This document shows, piece after piece, positions 56,348-64,000 of a stretch of 64,000 nt of DNA; position 1 is the first letter of the stretch, and each line of letters starts with the position of its first letter. Made by a program: the position numbers and the translations under genes. The notes under the pieces are model-generated. The model was not told the origin of the DNA and ran no database searches. It was given only the letters and a program-made list of their open reading frames with translations. Where the stretch lies: NCBI RefSeq assembly GCF_009914755.1, contig NC_060936.1. One strand, 5' to 3'. This DNA is from the human T2T-CHM13v2.0 reference genome, Homo sapiens.

Positions 56348-57028
56348 CTAATCTCTAGTTGTTGGGATGTAGTATCCTTCATTTGATCAGGAAATCATAT
56401 GATTGTTCTTAAATTATTAAGTTGGCAGAATTTGTGTGGTTTCATAATGATGCTTGTAAGATGATATTTTAATGGAAATGTTTTAGACTATATCTTTTGT
56501 TGTTTTTGCTGCTGTTTTTGTGTAAGGCTTAAATCTACCCCCTTTAAAAACAGAAAAATAAAAGGATTATACAGATTTGGTATATCCATCCATTGACTTT
56601 CATTGTCAGCTTGGACATTTAGTATCCATTTACATTATTTATTTTGTTCATACCTGACTTGCTTTTCTCTCGAATTTTGGAGTGAGGCTAGGGGAAGATA
56701 ACCATGTTAGCATTTATTTAATTTGCTGGAAACTAATCTAAAATAGGATCATTGCTGACTCTTGAATAAAATGGTTACATTTGTCTGGTAGGATTTATCA
56801 TTTGTAATGTCTGGTTAATAAAATACTTGATTTGTGCTCAGGAAATGTTTGTATTGTGGAAATTATTTGGAAGAACACATTGTGATTGGATTTTGACAAT
56901 TGCCAGATATTGGTGGGGCTCCATGAATGTTATCAAACAAAATGCCAGAGCATTACTAAGTGTCAGATATGGGCATGAGTGTGCTCACATTCGCTCCCCT
57001 ACCTATGTTCATTATCATTTCTCCACAG

Positions 57029-57152
57029 GATGCTGGAGGTCAGCAGATTGGCTTCTTGCTAGGAAGCTGTGGTATTGCCTTAGCTCTTACCAGTGAAGTT
57101 TGTCTAAAAGGACTGCCAAAAACCCAGAATGGAGAAATTGTACAGTTTAAAG
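57029..57152 (+). CDS. DIP2B: DIP2B coding exon (probably exon 11), 124 nt, phase 0-1
   Basis: ctccacag|GATGCTGG...TTTAAAG|gttagt; DAGGQQIGFLLGSCGIALALTSEVCLKGLPKTQNGEIVQFK. Confidence 0.96.
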
Positions 57153-57224
57153 GTTAGTAACATTGTACCTGAATTATCAGTTAAAAGTTAAAACTGAGTG
57201 CTTTAATTAGCTTTTTAATTTAGT

Positions 57225-57430
57225 AATAGCTAGGTACTTTACATATATGTTCTATTTAATTCTCATAGTCTTATGAAGTAGGTACCATTATTATCCCCAT
57301 TTTACAAGTGAGGAAACTGAGAAACAGAGAGGTTAAGTAACTTGCCCAAAGTCACAGCTAATAAATGGCAGAGCAGCAATTTGAACCCAAATCTGTCTGA
57401 TTCCACAGCCCACACCCTTAACCTTTATGC
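57225..57430 (-). mobile_element. MIR SINE
   Basis: ccccattttacaagtgaggaaactgag...agaggttaagtaacttgcccaaagtcacagcta = MIR core, reverse orientation; similar relics near 8330-8450, 11800-11895, 37430-37580, 49360-49500. Confidence 0.88.
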
Positions 57431-57768
57431 CGATGGTTGGAAAAAGCTACCACTCTGTACATTAAAGCTAAATGCTACATGTAGAGACAGAGGATAGACC
57501 ACTAACCTCAGTGGACTTCCACTGCCAAACGGACCTCCCAGTTGTTGAGGTAATGTCAAGGCCTGGAATTAGCATGTGGAACGATTGTACTTTTGAAAGA
57601 AGGTATAATTGTCTGGTGATTTGCCACTAAAAACTAATAAAAACTAAGTATTTTATTGATTATAAAATGATCTTAATTTGGTCTCTTGATATTTAAAATG
57701 ACCAGTTCAGTGTGAATTCATTCCCTGATGGCTTAGGCAATTCAATTTTCACTTTGGGTTTGATTTAG

Positions 57769-57878
57769 GTTGGCCCCGGCTCAAATGGGTTGTAACAGAT
57801 TCCAAGTACCTTTCAAAGCCACCGAAAGACTGGCAGCCACACATCTCACCTGCTGGGACAGAACCGGCATACATTGAG
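57769..57878 (+). CDS. DIP2B: DIP2B coding exon (probably exon 12), 110 nt, phase 1-0
   Basis: tgatttag|GTTGGCCC...ATTGAG|gtaagt; (G)WPRLKWVVTDSKYLSKPPKDWQPHISPAGTEPAYIE. Confidence 0.96.
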
Positions 57879-58394
57879 GTAAGTCCTAAGATGTAAAATA
57901 TGCTTTCAGGCTTTTCCTTGGGCTTTGCTTGCCACCTTTCAAAATATAAAACTGAATTTTTGCAACGTTAATGTTAGAAGATCCTCCTGCTTTGTGAGAT
58001 TTCCATCTTTTGGCTTGTAAAATGCCTTGTAGTGGATCTTCTATCCTAATTATTTTGATCATAAGTATACATTCAAGAGAATGACAGCAAAAAAAAAAGG
58101 ATTCTTCATGTAAGAAAGTTACAAAAGACTTTAGGGAAGTACAAGCGTTTAGGAAATGATGTACTGGCAGAGAAATTTCTCTGCTGCTTATTTAGAGAGG
58201 TTGGGGGTAAGAGAACGGAGAAATGAGGAGGGAAAATAGCTCTGCTTAAAAGAACAGATTAGTAGATGAAAGATAAAGAGCAAGAATAAACAAATGGCTG
58301 GAAGGTTTGATATTGAGGTTGGTATAGAAATGCAATTGGCAACATGATCCCACTAATGGATTAAGCAAATCCAAGTGCACAGCAGGCACCAGGC

Positions 58395-58600
58395 TGAATG
58401 CTTTAAGTGCATTTTCTCATGTAGTCCTCACAAGTACCCTGTGAGGTTTGGATTATTACTAAACTTACTTTATAGATGAGGAGACTAAGACTTAAAAGAA
58501 TTTCCGTAGCTGAGCAAAGGCCACATGACTCAAAAATGGCAGAGCTAGACTCAGAGTTAGGTCTAACTCTAAAAGCTGTGGCCTTCACCACTCTGCATCC
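58395..58600 (-). mobile_element. MIR SINE
   Basis: actttatagatgaggagactaagactta...aaggccacatgact...ggcagagctagactca. Confidence 0.75.
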
Positions 58601-58757
58601 TGCCTGAGACATATGCTCACCAATTGTTAAGTTAATGAACAGGCAAATCAATAAAAATTTTTTTCAAGATCTGGGGGAAAATCATCTAGCCTTGAACACT
58701 GTGGTGATAAGTAGAGAGAACTTCAAAAAATTTTGGATATAGAAAAGAGAGGCTGGG

Positions 58758-59109
58758 AGAATGAGTTCATGTCCTTTGCAGGACATAGATGAAGCTGGAA
58801 GCCATCATTCTCAGCAAACTAACACAGGAACAGAAAACCAAACACTGCATGTTCTCACTTATAAATGGGAGTTGAACAATAGGAACACATGGACACAGGG
58901 AGGGGAATATCACACCGGGGCCTGTTGAGGGCTGGGGGGCAAGGGGAGGGAGATCATTAGGACAAATACCTAATGCATGCGGGGCTTAAAACCTAGATGA
59001 CGAGTTGATAGGTACAGCAAATCACCATGGCACACATATACCTATGTAACCTACATGCAAGTTCTGCACGTGTCCCAGAACTTAAAAGTAAAATTAAAAA
59101 AAAAAAAAA
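58758..59109 (+). mobile_element. 5'-truncated L1PA 3' end with poly-A and 19-bp TSD
   Basis: gagttcatgtcctttgcagg...gaagctggaagccatcattctcagcaaactaacacaggaacagaaaacc...; TSD ATAGAAAAGAGAGGCTGGG at 58739-58757 and 59110-59128. Confidence 0.96.
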
Positions 59110-60199
59110 ATAGAAAAGAGAGGCTGGGGTGGGACACATTGGTTCACGCCTGTAATCCTGGCACTTTTGGAGGCTGAGGTGGATGCTCCTGAGGTCAGGA
59201 GTTCGAGACCAGACTGGCCAACATAGTGAAACCCCGTTTCTACTAAAAATAAAAAAAATTAGCTGGGCATGATGATGCACGTCTGTAGTCCCAGCTGCTT
59301 GGGAGGTTGAGGCGGGAGGATCACTTGAACCCAGGATGCAGAGGTTGCAGTGAGCTGAGATCACGCCACTGCACTAGAGAGGCTGGATGCAATGGTTCAC
59401 ATCTGTCTGTAATCCCAGCACTTTGGAAGGCCAAATAGGAGGACTGCAAAGAAAAGGAAGAGAGTGACCAGTAGCTCTGAGAGGTGATGGGGGTATTATT
59501 GGATGCCAGGATGATTGTTTTTAAAGGTGAAACAGATCTAAGTATCTTTAAAAGACAGACAGATAGGCCAGGTAAGATGGCTCATGCCTTTAATCCCAGT
59601 ATTTTGGGAGGCTGAGGGAGCTGGATTGCTTGAACTCAGGAATTCAAGACTAACCTGAGTAACATAATGAGACCCTGTCTCTACAAAAAATAAAAAATTA
59701 GCTGGGCCTGGTGGTATGCACCTATAGTCCCAGCTACTCAAGGAGTCTAAGGTGGGAGGATCACTTGAGCCCAGGAGGTTGAGGCAACAGTGAGCTGTGT
59801 TCATGCCACTGCACCCTATCCTGGATGACAGAGCACAATTCTGTCTCAAAAAAGAAAAAAATACAAATAAGCAATTAAAAATACCAAATTTAGTGATCAG
59901 CTCTCAATCTATGTCATGTCTCAGTGATGACATGGTTCATCACTCGGTCCTCCTTAAAACTCCAGTCCTGGCTTCTTGGACTCCTCTCTCAGTTCCTCTG
60001 CCTCATTGGCCATTCCTTCAGTTGTCTTTATTGGCTCTCCGAAAGGTGGAGGGTCCTCCATTGTGTGGCTCTTGCTTAGCTCTCTGGCCTTATTAGAACT
60101 TCTACCCTCTGTCTTTCTAGGTGCCTGTTATTTTGAATTAACTTGCAGTTCTTGCTTGGGATCCTCCTATTACCCACAGGACTCTACTAGTGAGTTTAA

Positions 60200-61140
60200 A
60201 GCATCTCTGGGTAATAGGGAGTTATTAAAGGGTTGTCAGCAGGAGAGTGACAAGAATGAATTTATTATAAGAAGATATATCTGGACTGGTTGGGTTAAGA
60301 AAGGAAATAAGGGCTGGGCGCAGTGGCTCACCCCTATTATCCTAACACCTTGGGAGGCTTAGGCAGGCGGATCATTTGAGCTCAGGAGTTCGAGACGAGC
60401 CTGGGCAACATGGCGAAATTCTGTCTCTACAAAAAATAACAAAAATTAACCGGGTGTGGTGGCACATGCCTGTAGTCCCAGCTACTTGGGAGGCTGAGCC
60501 TGGGAGCTCAAAGCTGCAGTGAGCCATGATCGTGCCACTGCATTCCAGCCTGAGCGAGACTCTGTCTCAAAAAGAAAAAAAAAGGAGACCGGCTTTACAG
60601 TTATTCAGGTGAGCCCAAGCTTATGGTAGAGAGCAGAGAGCAAAGTAGATGGAGCTTCAGACAGTAAGGAAATAGAGCAGGCAGGGCTTAGTTACTGATG
60701 CTGGAGAGGGAGAAGGCAAGACAGACTCAGGTTTCTTGCTTGAGCAACTGGGATTGATGGCAGCATCCTTCACTAAGATAGAAAATACAACAGGAAGAGT
60801 TTCCAGGGGCAGGGACGGGGGTAAAGAAGTCAGTGATGGATATATGAGTTTCACAGGATTACTGGACATTCCAGGGGATTAGTTGACTCTGTCAGTCTGG
60901 ATCTCTCTGGAGGAGAGGCTGGGTTGAAGATAGAGAACAAGGAGTTACTAGGAATGCAGTAACCTAATGGAATAAAGTGAAAAGAGATAAGGGTGGAGAA
61001 TATGGAGGAGCAGTGGGAGAGAGACAGACACACAGAGACAGAGACTAGAAGAGAGGAGTATCAAAAAAGCAAAGGAAGGAGAAAACATCAAGAAAGAGAG
61101 TAGTCAAATTTTGCAGAAAGGTTCGATAAGGTATGCAAAA
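60200..61140 (-). mobile_element. L2 relic (interrupted by an Alu)
   Basis: gactcaggtttcttgcttgagcaactggg...ccttcactaagatagaaaatac resembles antisense L2. Confidence 0.65.
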
Positions 61141-61171
61141 TGTCCTTTTGATATAACAATCAAAAAATTGG

Positions 61172-61272
61172 GGCTGGTCCTAAGGTAGTTAATTATCTCA
61201 GTTGACTGTTCACAGTCAGGTACAGATCAAACTCCTATTCTACTCTTTCTCCCCTTCTCATTATTGACCTTG
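61172..61272 (+). pseudogene. Y1 RNA (RNY1-derived) retropseudogene
   Basis: GGCTGGTCCTAAGGTAGTTAATTATCTCAGTTGACTGTTCACAGTCAGGTACAGATCAAACTCCTATTCTACTCTTTCTCCCCTTCTCA matches hY1; 3' terminal stem strand degraded. Confidence 0.92.
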
Positions 61273-61283
61273 GGAACACTTAA

Positions 61284-61406
<123 letters not shown>

Positions 61407-62244
61407 TGAGTAACTGGGACTACAGGCGCCCGCCACTACGCCCGGCTAATTTTTTGTATTTTTAGTAGAGACGTCGTTTCACCACATTAGCCAGGGTGGT
61501 CTCGATCTCCTGACCTTGTGATCCGCCCACCTTGGCCTCCCAAAGTTCTGGGATTACAGGCGTGAGCCACCGCACCCAGCCAAAATTTTTTTAAAGTTGA
61601 ACTGGGCACAGTGGCATATGCCTGTAGTTCCAGCTACTCAGGAGGCTGAGCTGGGAGGATTGCTTGAGCCCAGGAGTTCCAATCCAGCCTGGGCAACATG
61701 GTGAGACTCCATCTCTTAAAAGAAAGAAAGAAAGGAAAGTTGATAGTCCTGGTAAAAAGCAACTTGAATGGAACATTAAGGGTAAAAGCAAAATTATAGT
61801 TGAATGATTTGGAGGAGCAAATAGGCCATTCGTTTCTAGTTCTTCCTTACAAAATTGGGTGCTTCTAACGCACAGAGACCGCGTCTTACATACCTTTCAC
61901 TCTGCAGTGCTGTGCTTGACTTGTATTTATTTGATATTGTGTTTCTATTCATATAGCTCCAATCACTTGTTTATTTTAGCTTTTGAGCAGCCACTTCACA
62001 CTGATGACTATTAAACTTTGAAGTCTTTTTCACATATATTTTTGTTGAGCTTTGTCATCCTCCAATCCTATCTTTGTGTGATTTGAGTTTGAGACCCTAG
62101 TACATTGCCTTAAATATTCATATTAAACATGTTAAATTCAGCCCATTATGATGGTTTTTCTGGGTTTTGTTTTTGGATTCTAGTTTTGTCATCTGAAATA
62201 ACCCATTTTATTGTGTTTCTTATGTTTCTGTTTTTGTTTTCTAG

Positions 62245-62347
62245 TATAAAACAAGCAAAGAAGGGAGTGTAATGGGAGTTACAGTATCCCGGCTTGCAAT
62301 GTTGTCTCACTGCCAAGCTCTGTCGCAGGCCTGCAATTATTCTGAAG
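62245..62347 (+). CDS. DIP2B: DIP2B coding exon (probably exon 13), 103 nt, phase 0-1
   Basis: gttttctag|TATAAAAC...TCTGAAG|gtcaga; YKTSKEGSVMGVTVSRLAMLSHCQALSQACNYSE. Confidence 0.96.
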
Positions 62348-63040
62348 GTCAGACCTCATCCCATGACTGCCCTCATTGTTACCTTCAGAGATGTGTGACT
62401 GTGAGCACAATGCTCAGTGATTGGACCTCATTTAATGACCGAATTCAGAGTGAAATGTCCCAAGACACATTCTTGGCTTGCTTTTGTTTTCTTCTTCTCA
62501 AAAATATGCTGTAGTTTAAAGGAACCAAAATTCTGGGCAAACCAAAATGTAAAGCATAATTTCTAGAGTACAGCAGTAGAAAACCCTAATTAAAATCCTG
62601 TTTTTGTTAGCTGTGGAATGGCAGGTATCTCCATCTTCCCCTGCCTGTATAGTGGGCTACCAGCTATACATTTGGAGTCAAAGAAATTCAGCTACCAAAA
62701 AGCATAAATTAAAACACAAAAATGTATTCGATATTTTTGAACTTTAGATAGGTTGATACATAATTGCATAAACCACTATTTGCCTCAGAATGTTCTTTGC
62801 AATATTAATTTTTTTAGTGTTTTCCCTTTATAAAATGAAACAAGTTAATAAATGGTCATGATAAAATTTTTAACCAGACAACAATGTTCTATCATGAAAT
62901 TATATATATATACGCACACATAATGGAAGCAATCAAAATGCCCTTAAATAAGGATTGATTAAGTTATAATACATTCAGACCAGGCGCTGTGGCTCACGCC
63001 TGTAATCCCAACACTTTGGGAGGCCGAGGCAGATGGATCA

Positions 63041-63328
<288 letters not shown>

Positions 63329-63729
63329 TTAAAGATATGAAGAAATTGTTTCAATGTATCATTAAGCAGGAACAAGTTAGATACCAAGCTTTGTATACCA
63401 GTTTGTCACATTAGATATCTATCTAGATGTAAATATGCCTAGAAGTATATGTGTGTGTATAGATAGAATGTTTAGAGATATATACATATACACACCAACT
63501 TTTTTTTTTTAGGAAGTATCTTTTAGGAAATTTATATTTGTCAAACTTCCCAAGTTTCTAAAATAAGCATGTATTCTCCGCATATTTAGGAAAAAAATAC
63601 CTCTTGGAAGAAATGCCTAAGTCACAAGAAGTTTCTAACTCCTTGGCTCTGTTGTAACCACATTACCCTATGAGCAGTCCTCTACCCATTTTGAGGAGAC
63701 CCTCAAAAACCCGTGAGAACTTTTAGTCA

Positions 63730-63998
<269 letters not shown>

Positions 63999-64000
63999 CT

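Overview
Primate (human-like) genomic DNA lying entirely inside the DIP2B gene (disco-interacting protein 2 homolog B) on the + strand. Eleven GT-AG coding exons (11930-62347) splice into one open frame running from ETDSAVQK, just after the N-terminal DMAP1-binding region, through a Ser/Thr-rich linker into the first adenylate-forming (FAAL-like) domain (...PAYIEYKTSKEG...NYSE). By my recollection of the gene structure these are exons 3-13; the promoter, exons 1-2 and the 3' half lie outside the window. The introns are dense in Alu, L1, L2, MIR and DNA-transposon relics and hold two U6 snRNA retrocopies and one Y1 RNA retrocopy. Almost all ORFs in the supplied track are Alu/L1 artefacts. There is no prokaryote-style system or CRISPR array. 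The most interesting signals concern RNA processing: a candidate 3-nt microexon (AAG, 18121-18123) with an SRRM3/4-type UGC motif and a consensus donor, six consecutive frame-symmetric exons flanked by oppositely oriented Alus, a possible intronic read-through/polyadenylated mini-isoform after exon 3, and a recursive-splice-like site. Repeat boundaries and subfamily calls are by eye and approximate.
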